A DNA stretch of 64,000 nucleotides from Iphione sp. A-MEVVRFRX5 (taxonomy: Eukaryota). The notes under the pieces were generated by a model. It saw only the letters and a program-made list of their open reading frames with translations. It made no database searches and was not told the DNA's origin. Shown here one piece after another: positions 48,903 through 62,082 of this stretch. The first letter of the stretch is position 1; each line of letters starts with the position of its first letter. The DNA lies in assembly GCA_976226885.1 (NCBI GenBank), contig OZ320313.1, forward strand, positions 83,514,001 through 83,578,000, given 5' to 3'. Both the position numbers and the translations under genes were made by a program.

Positions 48903-50099
48903 GCATTCGATTGTGTCTTCTATCAACTAGCCTTACCTGCTTTTCTTTTCCGTGCACCTAAAACTGGAAGCACCTTGTGTGGAGCAGGGAATAAAGGACT
49001 AGATGTCTCCACAGTACGTGTTATCGATACAGAAATTGATGATGCTGAAGGGCCGTACAGGTGGTGCCATTTGGGGAACATCAATACTAGTGTGTCGCAG
49101 GGTAGACGACGCCGCCGATTTTCTAGCATTCTTGCCTCTCCACTGGATCTCCTGGCGGTATTTCCTGTTCTTCCTGATACCTCTAGTATCGTGGACGGTT
49201 TCTGTTCAAATATCCATGGTGTCTGAGGTAATCTCTTCCATTGACTCAAGGTTTAGAGGCAGTTGCCATCAGCAATCCGAGAAATGCCACCGGACCTTGG
49301 GTTGCAGCTCAACTGGGTGCATGAATGAACCAGTGTTGGTAGCCTTTACCCAACAGGTAGAAAAGTCACATAAAAACACCCCCAAAAATAGGGAACTAAG
49401 AATGACATCCGAATGAAAATTTAAGGAATACTTGCATTTTGAAAGATACCAAGTTATACCAAAAAGCTGCAAGGCTGTAAGTAGCTTTTTATATCATTAA
49501 GTACAATAAAGAGCTCTTGATTTTTGGAGTTGCAATAACAGTTGGCCATAGAACTGAAATCCAGTATCCTAGCTTGTTTCCTTGTTCTGACTACTAAAAT
49601 ATAACTGGATTAACATTTTTAGGTAGAGTTTGCCTTCTTTCACCAAACGCTGCACAGTGGAGAACCAGTTGCAGAGCATGTCACGGGTGACCAAAAAGGG
49701 AAAGGCCAATATTTCTAAGACCAAGTCACTCATTGCCCTCTGTGGGGAATGTCTCAGACTAAACACTGGGAGAGCAAAAATTGGTCAGTTTCTACCTTGG
49801 TCTTCTATGCAGGTCTTAATCTATTGAAACCAAATGAACTAGAATCACATTTAGGTTTCCTTTACCCAAATATACATCTCAACTATACTACTAATTTTTT
49901 CCGATTACAAATCTAAAAATAAGGGCAAACTCAAAAGTGGATAAACTTGACAAAAAAGGTTGGAAAAATAAGAGTTTTCCCAGAAGAGGTACCAACCTTG
50001 CTGTGAACGAATAAATCGTCTGAAAAAATACATTTGGACCCTTCCAGAAAAATTAGTCATTCACTTGGATTTTGGACCAAGATCATCTATTGCTCCCGA

Positions 50100-50950
50100 G
50101 TGGGAATCTCGTGGGTCCTCTCAGACGGAGCATTAGAGGAAGACGAACAGATGAGGTTCTGTGATGCAATGGACGATAAAAAGTGGTAGGCAAAGATGGT
50201 CATGCAAGGATGGCCTGATAAACGGCGAAATAAAAAAAAAGCCGCTTGAAGCGGACTCGGTGAAACATCCGCGAAAAGTACGCTCGAACTGGCAATCTTC
50301 CGGAGTTCCAGACTCAATGAATGCACGCTCCTTGTGGGATCACATGCGTCAGTTTAGTCGCATTAAGGATAAAGCACAACAGAAAAATTGTCAACACCCC
50401 CGCAATTGCAGTGATTATAAGGTTGACGGAAATCCGGTCGTCGCACAAAACGGAGACTGCGTGGGCAGATGACTCCTTGAAGTAACATCGGACATCATCA
50501 TTCTGGAGGTGATCACACGAGACAAAACTCTCAGGCTCAGGAGGTTCAAGACTGGGGCAGACGTTAATCCCACATTTAAGTGGCTAACGGAGGAGCTGCT
50601 GGTGCCATTTGGCTCTTTGGTGACGAGCTTCGGTAGAATTTAGAGTACGAACAGCGACTTGCCAAGTGTTTGGCGAGGGGCAGGTCAGGAGGAAAATCAC
50701 AACCCCAAAATTGTCACAAACTTTGCAGGCGCAACGATCACAAAAGTTTCAGAGGCAAGTCTGCCAGAGGGAGATATCGAAATCAGACTGCCTACCGCAG
50801 CCCCGTCCAATCTACTGGACAGCTTTGTTTGAATGTTCAGGTGTGCATATCACCACAATTCTTAACAAAGGGTCGCAAATCAGGCTCTCAAACATTATAG
50901 CAGGGACATTATCAAACCTGCAGTTACCCGGCCAAACGCGTAATGATTGA
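50100..50950 (+). mobile_element. Decayed and rearranged Ty3/Gypsy-like relic
   Basis: KMVMQGWPDKRR resembles the GWP motif before Gypsy integrase; RFKTGADVN resembles the protease FklDTGAdvn. The order is non-canonical and the frames are broken. Confidence 0.35.
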
Positions 50951-51745
50951 TCGCTGGCAGTTTCCAGCGATATTCTTTTTGTAATGTTCCCACTTTTGTG
51001 TTAGTTCGACCTGGGCCGTCCACGCCTGAGCAGGCACCATGAGTACCTTGATGTCGGTTTCTTCACACAGTAAATGTTTTAACGTTTCCTGAGATTTTCT
51101 TTAGTCACCTCTCTCCCGGTTGTGCCTGGCCTCTACAGCATTGAATTCCTCTGAATCTCTTCAACATCACGTATTGGGTTGTTGGAAGGGTACGAATTTC
51201 CCAGTTTGACTTGTCTATAAGCTACAGGAAAACCGGCTCACCAGCCGAGCCTCCTGAGTGAATATGAAGGGAGGCGCGATCTGGGGGTAGATCAGTACCA
51301 TGCCCGAAGCTAAGGGGGTATCAGGGGTCAGAGCAATTAATATCTATTGGCCTTTATAGGGATAGAAGAAAATAGTTCCACCCACCCCTGTGGTATCAGG
51401 GGTATCGTCCGATACATCCCCCCCCCAGAAACCTACCTGGCTACGGGCCGGAGTACATCCATGTGTGGAAGTGCAATCTGGCTGTGCATGGCCCGGAAAG
51501 GTGAGGAACAAAAAGGCTAGTCCTCACTGACAACGGACAGGAAACCCTGAGATTAGGTGAAAGTCAAAACAGTGTCTCCGAAGAAGGAGAGGAGGGCCCT
51601 TCACCCGTACTCCCAAGGCGAATCTATAGTCAGACCGGGCGATGATCAGTATTTGGCCGAACGTTTGATTAATACCCCCACCAGTTCGTGGATGCATGTA
51701 CAACTCAATAGTAAAGTTCACTATGCAATAACTAAGGCCTGTCTT

Positions 51746-51812
51746 TCCTCCTCCTCCTCCTCCTCCTCCTCCTCCTCCTCCTCCTCCTCCTCCTCCTCCT
51801 CCTCCTCCTCCT
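51746..51812. repeat. (TCC)n microsatellite, about 22 units
   Basis: Direct reading. Confidence 0.97.
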
Positions 51813-54077
51813 GTTCTTCTCCTGCTGTCATCCTCTTCCCTCAACTTCCTCCCTCTTCTTCAGCCCCCCCCCCCGCATCTCCATTGACAAAGCAACAATT
51901 GCCCAGCCCTGTTTATTTTATCAGATATTAAAATGCTATCAACTGATATAACAAACATTTGTCTACAAACACATTCAGTGTCCAGGCCCGTAGCAAGCTC
52001 TTTTTTTTGCGGGGGGGGGGTTATCTGAAATAGAGAGGTGGACCTCCTGGTTATGGAGACCGCGTTTATCGGAGACCGGAGCTGATCAAACACCACCACA
52101 AGTGAAAATAGAGACAATCCCACACTGGCCAGTTGAGACAGAAACAGGATGAACAGCCAGCACATGCAGAAATTTACATCAACTGATCGCCTAGCATGTA
52201 ATATATCCGCTGACGAGCAACTAGCACACACAGAAGCAGACAATGTGCAACCAGCATATACAGATATTCATAATAAGCAGCCAGCACACATAGAAGCTGA
52301 CAGGTACCTAATACAGTAGTTCATGATAAGAGAATAGGATGTATATTTGCTGACAGCACAGAGAAGCTGTAGGCAATGCACACAGAAGTTGATGAGTAAG
52401 CAACGTTTATAAAAGTTGGCAATGTTGAAGTTATGAAGCTAGTTATGAAGCTCATGAGCAGACAACACACACAGAAAATATTGCAGCCACAACACAGATT
52501 AGTAGGAACCGGACTGTAGACAGAAAACTTGATGATAAACAATACACACCGGAATTGGCATACAGCCAAAATGAACAAAAGTTAACATATTGCAGGTGAG
52601 AGAATGCATCATAGATGCAGGGATGGGGTATGTCAGTGCAAATGTTTTTGTGAAAAATCCTTGAAACTGAGTCATAACTGAACAAATTGTGTTTTTGTGT
52701 AAATTTCTTTAAACTGAGCAAGAATTTTCAAAACTATTTTTATGCAAGTATTGTGAAAAATTATCTATTTCATATATGGTATATAGTCACCCACTTTTAA
52801 TGATACGCGGGTCACTATATACACAATGTCCCCAAGTAAATATGATCAGCCAGCATGTACAGATGTTAAGGAAAGTACAGCCTGCTAAGACATGAGCAAG
52901 CTTTTGGCATGAGCCAGCTTTTTTTTATTGGAACGAAGTATAGAGAGTTTGGCGTTCATCTCAACTGGAAACACTTCGAAAAGTATTTGATCTCAACTGT
53001 TTCTTAAAAATTTTATTAGAGGAGACACAGCTTTGACATCTCGATGGGGAAATTCACTAGTCAAGCTCTGGCTCTGACTCAACGTGTCTGGATTTCTGGT
53101 CTTGCAAACACTATAATAATCAATAAGGCTATTTTAAACAGTACCATTCACTCTGCTAATGTCTTCACTTTAATTGCCAGTATCTGCCACTTGACTTTTG
53201 TAAATTGTGAATAACTCTAGCCATACATTGTTTCATATACCGTTCACTTGAAATCTTTCTGATGAGGTTATTTTGATTCCATTTGCCCAGTAATAAATAT
53301 GCTTGAGGCAGAGTGTCAAGTTCCTCTGAGGGATTGCCTCCTTGCATTCTACAATATGGCTACTGTATTTAGATATTCATAGTAGATATTACGTGGCAAG
53401 TGGGCCAACTGCTCTATGCTCCGGTGCGACCATGCAATGGTTTCTGCATTTAGATATTCCCATCAGTGATCATCCGACGATGACACACGAGAAAAATATA
53501 CACGTAATTGTCCTAGACAAGTATGCCCTCTTTATCGATGTTGATGTCAGTTTCTGCAACCAGCTGTTCTCATTGGATGAATTTTGAACTTACGCACAAA
53601 CTTGAATAAAAGGAATGTGTAAGTCTTTGAGCTACCAGAATTTCTAAGGAACAGGAAAATATTGTGGATGTAATAGCCGAGGAGAACGTTCATCTTTTGC
53701 CTAGAGAAAAGGGTCTATGGGCCAGAAAGGGAGAGTGACACATATTTTGTCTACTTTATTGTTCATATTTAATCATATGTCTGTGCTGAAAAAAGTAGTG
53801 CTAAAATAAAATGTATGCTTTGACAGCAATACCCAGCTGTAAGTGAGAGAATAAATCATCGATGTCAGGATGAGGTATGCCATATCCCTATGTAAACTGT
53901 GTTTTTATGCAAATTTCTTCGAACTGAGCCATAACTGTGTAAAGCTTGCAATTTCTTTAAGCAAATTAACATTCTCCTTATGGTTTGTACATCCTCTGTA
54001 ACCCTGCAAATGACACATACAAAATCTTGAATGTGACACCTTTTAGGGTAGCAGAAGTGGTGTTGGGGGGCCAGAGA

Positions 54078-55037
54078 ATAAGAAGAGTGCAGACCTGTGA
54101 GGTCTATTGTCTCCCGCCATCAACTGCCCAGGTGGGTGTGTGTGTGGGGGGGGGGAGAGGGAGAGTGAGTGTGTGGGTGTGCAGGCCTGTAGCCAAGGGG
54201 GTATCGGGGGTATCGTCCGATACCCCCCACAGAAGCCAGAAGTTCCACCTCTCTAGGCCTATGGGTGTATCATGAGAAAGAGGGAGGAAGGGATAGGGGA
54301 GAAAGAGAGAGAGAGAGAGAGAGAGGGCAGAGAGGGAGACAGACGGACAGACATACAGACAGACAGAGCAGAGAAAGAGAGGATGGAATCCTCTCTAACC
54401 AGGAGTACCAACTCTCTAACCATGCAGGAGTTCCACCTCTCTAGCTAAGAGTTCCACCTCTCTTATTTGAGATACCCCCCACAAGACTTCCTGGCTACGG
54501 GCCTGGTGTGTGGTGTCTTTCTCTCTTTTTACAACCACCTTGATTGGCACCTTGTTTTGGGGTGGTTGGCTGGGCTTGTTCAAGTCTTTCAGGTTTACAA
54601 CCCTCAGTCCTACCTGACTGAGCACACAACCCTTACTTCTGCCTGACTGAGCACACCATCCTCGGTTCTGCCTGACTGAGCACCAGACTGCTACAAGCTG
54701 ATACTGGTATAAGAGATGTATTGGTGAGTGTGTGTGTCTGTACTTGTGTGCATTGTCAGATCTGGGAATCCCTAAACCAGATATATATGTTTGTAGGTGT
54801 ATTAGCAAAAGAGTTAGTTTAATTGGTATAATTTCACCTTTAAAATACTACCAAATTGAATTACTACCAAAATTACCCAGTGCCATAGAGCCATATATAC
54901 AAATATCATATATTTAACCAGTTCTTTTGAGTGAAGGGTTTGAGAGTTATAAGACCCACAAGAGTGTGACAGAAGGTTGGGACACCAGCCAGCAGCATTC
55001 CTAAGGTCCCCCCTCTCTATAACGTGGGGGACAATAA
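54078..55037 (+). mobile_element. HINE-like family A copy 3, containing a nested MITE
   Basis: Same 5' box, core and 3' gtccccc...gggggacaata hairpin as copies 1 and 2. Confidence 0.7.
54182..54505. mobile_element. MITE family D (hAT-like CAGG termini) nested in family A copy 3
   Basis: caggcctgtagccaa ... ctggctacgggcctg (13/15 complementary). Related ends at about 51385-51450 and 51983. No clear target site duplication. Confidence 0.55.
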
Positions 55038-58000
55038 GTGATGGTGAGTAGGCAAAATAGTGGAGATAGTGTATTAGCATAGGTTAACACAATAACTTCA
55101 GGGGTAGGATAGTAAGGGAGACTGTCCAACAGCACACACAGTACAGAAGGCTGGGGAGAAAGGAAATTAAAAACCTGAAGGAATGAGTAGAGGTGAACGA
55201 ACAGGGTGAAGAAAGATGAGAAACTGGAGAGGAAAGAGAAGAGAAGGAGACATAGAGGAGAGACGAAAAGAGTCAGACAATGTGGAGTTAGGTTCAGAGG
55301 AGGAGAGTATTTTTTTTGTATTTCTTTATTTTTCCTGACATAAAATATATGTCATTACGTACACCTCGGGTTCTTTTCGGTTCCTTTCAGCACGATGATA
55401 ACTATATAGATTCTATGTACAGAAAATAGTAATGAGATACAATAAGGAAATATGTGGATGTACCTTGATTCTTTCAGCAGCTAGTTGTGTTGCAACATCG
55501 ATTTGCCTCGTTTTTTTTCTAGACTAGATATTTAATTACTGCTGCATTACTTTTCAACGAATGATGTCTGACATCCCTGATATTACATGAGTATGTTTTA
55601 AATGACCAGAGTATAAAGTTTTTTTTCCCACATTTTGTAGACTATTTGTCAATTTAGACACCAAACAACGGCTGAGTGTCTTTCCTTTTGCATAGAAGAA
55701 ACCATATGCTCTAGGCACCAGACAACGCCTGAGTGCCTCCCTCTGTGGTCGTATAATATGTATAGAGGCCTATGTTATATGGACTGTACAAACAACAGAC
55801 GACGCATAAGTGCCTTTCCCTTTTGAATAGAAGAAATCTCTTCCAGGCACCAGATGACGTCTGAGTGCCTATCTCAGTGCCTTCATAGCAGCAACAATGT
55901 TGTCCAACGATACATACAATGATACATACGTGCAGTAGACGACAGACAACGCCTGTTTGCTTTTCTCTTCCCAAGTCCCGTGACACGAGACGATGCCAGT
56001 CAGCAATTAATAATTTCCCTAAGGTTTTATGCGATTGCAGACGAAACTTGGCCTTTGATAAATTTCCAATATCCCTGTCCTGACTACCTCGATACAGTGA
56101 ATATAATTTAAAGCCTTCCCTGTTTGGCCTCTCCCTTGGGAGGCGAAGTGTTTTCTGGTCCCGTGTTAGCCCCTCTGCTGTAATGGTGCCCCCATCAGTC
56201 TTAGCCATATTGCACGTGGTTCAGTAACCTTAGGTCACGCCTCACTTAGGCCCTTTTCTATACATACCAAATTACTCTTGATCAATTGGCTGTAACTGCT
56301 TCCATCTCATATTCTACTATCGATAACTTCTCAGTACCCTCTGTATATGTCACATGTTGGTGACGTTGATCGTCACAGAGCAGGATGAAAGGAGTAGGAA
56401 CACTGAAGGAGATGGGGACAACACGAGAAAAACAGAGGAATGTTGCTAAAATGAGAACAGGAAAGGAGCCACTGCGGCCCAAATGAGCTACTCATCCCAC
56501 TGTTCGCTCGGCACGAATGAAAATTATGCAAAACTGATAGCAAGTCTCAGGCGGTTTCAGGTGAAGCCCTTCTGTCTTCGAGGTAACCTCTGTTGGAAAG
56601 CCTTCACTGACATTAACCTACGAGGTATATTGTCCCCTGCTTGGTATTCAATCAAGTGGAACGGTTACTGCTTGGATGCGCATGTATACAGCTAAGCAGT
56701 GTCCCACGAACCTGTAAATACTCTCCCCCTTATTTTCATTATTTAAAATGCTTTGAATTATATGAAAATAAGCCAGTAGCAAGCATCCATATGGCAGAAT
56801 ATTAAGAAATCATTCAATTTGACTCAACAGTTCAGTAGATTGACCAATAGGGTTGCGAAAGAAGGTGAGAGGGTTGCACAGCAGACCCACAGGGTTGCGA
56901 AAGGTGAGAGGGTTGCACAGCAGTATCCCCCGCCACCCTCCCCCCAGCCTATTAGGCAGAGGACAATCAAGACGCAAACTGAGGCAGTATTGTATACAAA
57001 TAAGCTTTATAGCAAAGAAAACCCCAATATACATCCTTTCTTTAACATTCAAAAACATGTGACAGCATTTTACAAGAAATGAGATACATTTATGTCATGA
57101 TGAATGTGTTCTTGGTTAAATGAAAAATGTATTATATACACGCAGAAACCTCCCGTATATATGCATATTGCATTTACATGTACAAATCTAGAAAATCACG
57201 TTATTATCCATAAACTTTTATCCATAAACTTCATCCTTCCCATATCAACTTTAATTTTCAAGGTTTTCTCTTAGTACTTTTATCTTTATTCAGCAACGGG
57301 AAATCCTCTTGACCAAAGTCTACATCAAATGTATTTCAACTGTTGAGATAACTGCCCTTGTCCACGACTCTAGCTTTTTGACCTTGCCAATACACTTTTT
57401 CTTGCCGCGACAAAAGAAGTTTCTTTTTGTGTCAGGCACATGCTCTAGAAGAAAACCAGGCAAGCCACAGTAAAGAAACCTCTAGAAGAAAAGCCCGTGA
57501 CGAGATGGTGATGCACCTCTGATCAATGCATTGTAGGGGTTTCAACAGGGAGGACCCCAAGGGTTCTGATGGATCCTTCAACAGCTCTCTCAGTGCATCT
57601 ACCATCGGATGAACAGCATGTCTGTCAGCCAGTTACCCTGGCCAGTTGCCAATGTTCCTACAGGAGCTGCCGTTCAATGTCATTTTATAAGAAGCACGTA
57701 GACAGACATGACGATGCATGACAAGGCGACGGGCACGTGAAGTCGTGTCCCTATCACAGAAGCTACAATCACAAACAAATAATAACATGTAAGTAATGAT
57801 ATGGATTCTTTCAAAAACACCGTGGGTGAATTTTTAAGTAAGAGAGAGATCTAAATCCAATATTAATACGTTTGAGGAGAAACAAAGGAGATACAATATT
57901 TTCTCTTCATTTTATGGTATAGGTGCCAATTTCCAGGACAATTATTTCCTTCACATCGACTTGTTTTGAGTTTAGCCCCACCTAATGAGTAAATCTATAG

Positions 58001-59111
58001 ATTTAGAGTACTTAACGCCTGCTAAGCCACCGAAACCAAAACTTGGGTCAACATGCTATTTTGAATGGGATCACGAAAGGTCTTTTTTTTCGTCAGTTCT
58101 GCAGATATATGTAATATTAATAACGCTTGGGGCCGATTTGGTCTGTTAAAAAACTCAGTCGTCACTGAGAGGACAGACATAAACTCCTGCATAAATACTG
58201 GGGGTAGTTTTTTTTTCGAGCTGAAGTACCAAGTATCTTTATTTTTCTTTCTTTGATTTTATGAGTAATCTAAACTTAAGAAGTATAACCAATATCGACT
58301 GGGTGCTACCTGTTACAGCTACACAATCACAGTTGCTTCACTTGTGTATCAACAAATTACTAATTGATTTTCCATGGGCTACATTCTGGTATAATAATAT
58401 TATAGGTCGTTGAACTAGTGCCTCGACTCTGACTTGGCCAACGACCCCTAAAAAAGTTAAGGAACCCGTTACAAATTAAATGAGGTAATTGTTAAGTCGT
58501 GTGCTTTGTTTGATCACCTTTGTAGAAAACGCCCAGGAATCCCCTTTTCTCACTGAGCAGCCACTGCTTGAGCCGAGGGATCCGTTTGATATATGCACAT
58601 GTGCAGATGACTAAAAGACTGAAAACCACTAGTCCGTCGAACGAATAAGCTGCAAAACAAAAAAAAAATTAAAATGCCAGTTATGAGATTTATATTGTTA
58701 AAAAAACTTTCAACATTGTCTAGGAATGATTATTTAGTATATGTGTTGAGGTTTTGAATACTGCAATAATGCATTTCCATCATAGTTGCCTTTCCATCAC
58801 AGTTATATTTCTTCGGAATTTGGAGGCAGATCGTGGTACCATAGGAAGCCTAACAAAAAGGCCAGCAGATAACGACTCGGGCAGCTTGGTTTTAACTTTT
58901 AGCACTCAATCTAATGATAGCGATATGAAATACATATGTATGAAAGAAAACTTGGGTCCCAGTAATGTGACCCTTTCAGATGTCAAAACTACGCCCCCAT
59001 GCAGTGCCAGCCATGCAATTTTATGAGATGTCTGCCATCCATATTATTTATAATATATATTACCACAACTGTTACACAAAGTAGGTGACAAATATGTTGG
59101 CAAACAAATTA

Positions 59112-59695
59112 CAGGAGAAACTTACTTTCCGACCATATCACTTTGCGACCAAGACGACCATTCCGACCTTTTTGGGTCGGAACGGAATTATTCTCAGTAC
59201 ATTGCCTATGTTAAAGGCACTCACTTTGCGACCATATTGCTTTCCGACCAAATTCGCCATACGACCATTCATCTTAGGGTCGTTTTTAGTACATTTTAAT
59301 ATCACTTTGCGACCATCACCCTGGAGGGGTGAGGCCGAGAGTGGTCGCGGGCGTCAACTTTGATGACTTTGATGGTCTCTCACCCTGGAGGGGTGAGGCT
59401 GAGAGTGGTCTCTCACCTCTTTGAGTCACTTTTAGTCATCAAATTCAGCACTTTTTGGACTTAAAGTCATCAAATTCAGCACTTTTTGGACTTTTAGTCA
59501 TCAAATTCAGCACTTTTTGGACCTAAAGTCATCAAATTCAGCACTTTTTGGACGTTTCATATGTTAATAAAGAGAGAGGGAGAAAGGGATATGATTTCAA
59601 GCCCAGACCCCCTCTACAATCACTTTGCGACCATATTCAGAATTACGACCATTTTGGGCCGACCCAAGTGGTGGTCGCAAAGTGAGTTTCTCCTG
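59112..59695. mobile_element. Tc1/mariner-type MITE with internal tandem repeats
   Basis: ta|caggagaaacttactttccgacca ... tggtcgcaaagtgagtttctcctg|ta, with a TA target duplication and two mismatches across the repeat. Many tttgcgacca subterminal motifs. Confidence 0.8.
59430..59553. repeat. 31-bp tandem repeat, 4 copies, inside the MITE
   Basis: agtcatcaaattcagcactttttggac at 59434, 59465, 59496 and 59527. Confidence 0.95.
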
Positions 59696-60049
59696 TAACT
59701 GGGAGCTGAACCTTTCGTAAGTTGAGTGTAGCTGTGTAAATGCATTGTATGAAAAAGTTGCAAGTGAGAGAATGCCTTATAAATACAGGGACAAAGTATA
59801 GCAGTGAAAATTCCTTCAAACTAAGCCAGACTGTAAACTGCGTGTTTCTACGATTCTGAGTAACCACTGGACAAGAGGCGCCTAGTGTAACACTAAAGGT
59901 CAAGTTAGTAGAACATACCTCTGGTAGTTAAACTTTGCTTGATAAATTATGGTAACTTTACTAGACACTGCATTTGGAGGAATCTGGAGACGTGGGGGTG
60001 CAGCTGATATTAATCCACATCAAACAAATTTACCAACTGCATGTATCGT

Positions 60050-60660
60050 AGCAACAATGGGATAAACGGGTAGCGATGACACAAATTTTATTAGTTGTAG
60101 AAACAGCACATTGAGCTGTCAGAGCCACATGCCAAAACAATGTCATTATGACGTTCACAACAAAACGTCTCTATGATACGATTGGTCTATTGCACAGTTC
60201 GTTGACTACTTCCTACAACCATTGGTTCCATCCCTCGAATCATTTTAGAGACACCAGCCACTTTCTACGTGTTCTTGATGAGACTGATGCCTTGCCTCCA
60301 CACTCCCTACTACTACCTATGGACAAGTCTTTACACCAACAACCCTAACCAGGAGGGCAACAAAGCTTCTATGCCTGGCACTATCGAGACATCCATGAGA
60401 GGACCCTACTAATCAGCCCATATTTACCTTACTGGATCTGGTGTTAAACTGTTATAATTTTCAGCTTGATAACAAGCAGTACTTACTAATAGGCCGGACT
60501 TTGTTGGGCACAAAGCTTGTATCATCATATGCGACCATTTTCATGGGACACTCTGAGGAAACATATCTTTACATACCGTCTGCAAACTTTGATTTACGAG
60601 TGTTTCATAATTGAAATTTTCCTCATCTGGTCCAATGGGGAGAGTATGGTCTGTGCACGT
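60050..60660 (+). mobile_element. Penelope-like element reverse transcriptase relic
   Basis: Frame-shifted VDYFLQPLVPSL, RDTSHFLRVL, LLLPMD.KSLYTN, LVLNCYNFQLDNKQY, GTKLVSSYATIFMG and IFLIW match the PLE RT motifs in order. The catalytic YIDD is destroyed. Confidence 0.75.
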
Positions 60661-60710
60661 TCCCAGAACACTTCAACTCCCATCATGAAAATATTGAACT
60701 GTCAGCATTA

Positions 60711-61248
60711 CAGGGTCCCCACTCTAATTTCATTGTCAAATTCCCTGTGTTTTCCCTGTGCCATGGCAGTTTTCTCTGTGTTGGTTTCTGTGCAACTATA
60801 TATGACAGGGCTTTACATTATCAAATTATAATTCAAGTTTGTTGTTCCCTAGCATGTAATATGTATCCTTTTTGTATCATAAGTTACAAGGTCAAGTGTT
60901 AGGTACAGGATTGTGAAAATTAGAACTATAAATTCTTTAATATACTCAAATCTATGACCTAGACTCATTCCAGTGTGAACAGGTCATCATGCTGTCAGAA
61001 CCCAAAGGAAAATAGAAGCAGTTAATGTTTATGACTGTCATGAAATATTTCTTGCTATTTGATTATGTATGGATAATTTTGGAACTAATGATGTTGACCT
61101 TGTTTTAAAGGAAAAAAGATCTATATTTTTTTGGATTTTCAGAATTTTTTCCCTGTGTTTGCCCCAAATTTTCAAATTCCCTGTGTTTTCCCAGACAGGG
61201 AACTTTTTTGGCCATTTTCCCTGTTTTCCCTGTGCAGTGGGGACCCTG
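60711..61248. mobile_element. hAT-like MITE
   Basis: Perfect 13-bp terminal inverted repeats cagggtccccact / agtggggaccctg with subterminal ttccctgtg repeats. An 8-bp target duplication is not preserved. Confidence 0.6.
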
Positions 61249-62082
61249 GAATTAATGGGAGGCACAAAATTGACACTACCGTGTTGTATAAACCAAAAGA
61301 TCGTACAACAATCTCCTATACGACTGGAGTCATCTTAAACATGTAACTTGATGACTTCTCACTGAAAGAATAATATACAGTCCACTCTCTCCATTCCGGA
61401 CACCCTCCGTTCTTACCCCAACCGTCCGCATTTGAGACATGTCCGCATTGGAGGGCAGACCAGGGGGTCAAGCTTGGAAATATTATATGAAATGTGCATT
61501 AGTTAAAGTCCTAAAAAGTGATGAATTTGACGAGTACAACAGCAATGTATCTGACACCGTGTTAAATTATACTGTGTACAAAGAAAATCTGTTGCTAGCT
61601 ACCTCCTTAGAGACTTTGTGAAATGATTACACCAACACTAGAAACGGGAGGACAAAATGATGGTTGATATTTAGAAATGGTCGGCACTGTGGTTGAGAGG
61701 CTATTTCGGCCACTTTTGCTTGTAAAGTGTGGGTGACACAGCTGAATATTTGTCGATAAGACTGATTAATTAACAATAGCACCCATGAGTTGTGCTGGCC
61801 CCTTCTGGCCTACCTGCCGGTAGAAGTGTGGTTACAGCGGAGATATGAATACAGGAAACAATGTACGCCAAGAGAGCTCCCAGTGAAAAAAAGCCAGTCA
61901 GATGGATTGTGATGAATACCAGTTACGTCATCGGTGCCATTAAGGGAGTTATGAGTGACATGGTGATGGTCACCTTTCAAAAATAACTCCCTTAATCGCT
62001 GTTCTAATTACGAAATATAGCAGTATCCCTACCAGCTGCTTTGTCTAGGTTTATGTATGCATTCTTTAAAGTTGTCCACTAT

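Noticed and set aside
49622-49690. Exon-like segment after tttttag downstream of KDM5
   Set aside because: Weak donor, no partner exons, and it lies beyond the probable poly(A) signal.
51524-51931. Poly-Gly and poly-Ser ORFs
   Set aside because: Translation of the (TCC)n microsatellite.
55711-56208. 165-aa ATG-initiated minus-strand ORF
   Set aside because: The C-terminal half runs through a local imperfect duplication (cagacaacgcctgagtgcct units); no recognisable family or splice support. A BLASTP would settle it.
56850-56925. Two-copy duplication of about 42 bp (agggttgcgaaag..gtgagagggttgcacagcag)
   Set aside because: Ordinary local slippage duplication in intergenic DNA.
59430-59553. 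31-bp repeats of CRISPR-like length
   Set aside because: Head-to-tail with no unique spacers, inside a MITE in a eukaryotic genome.
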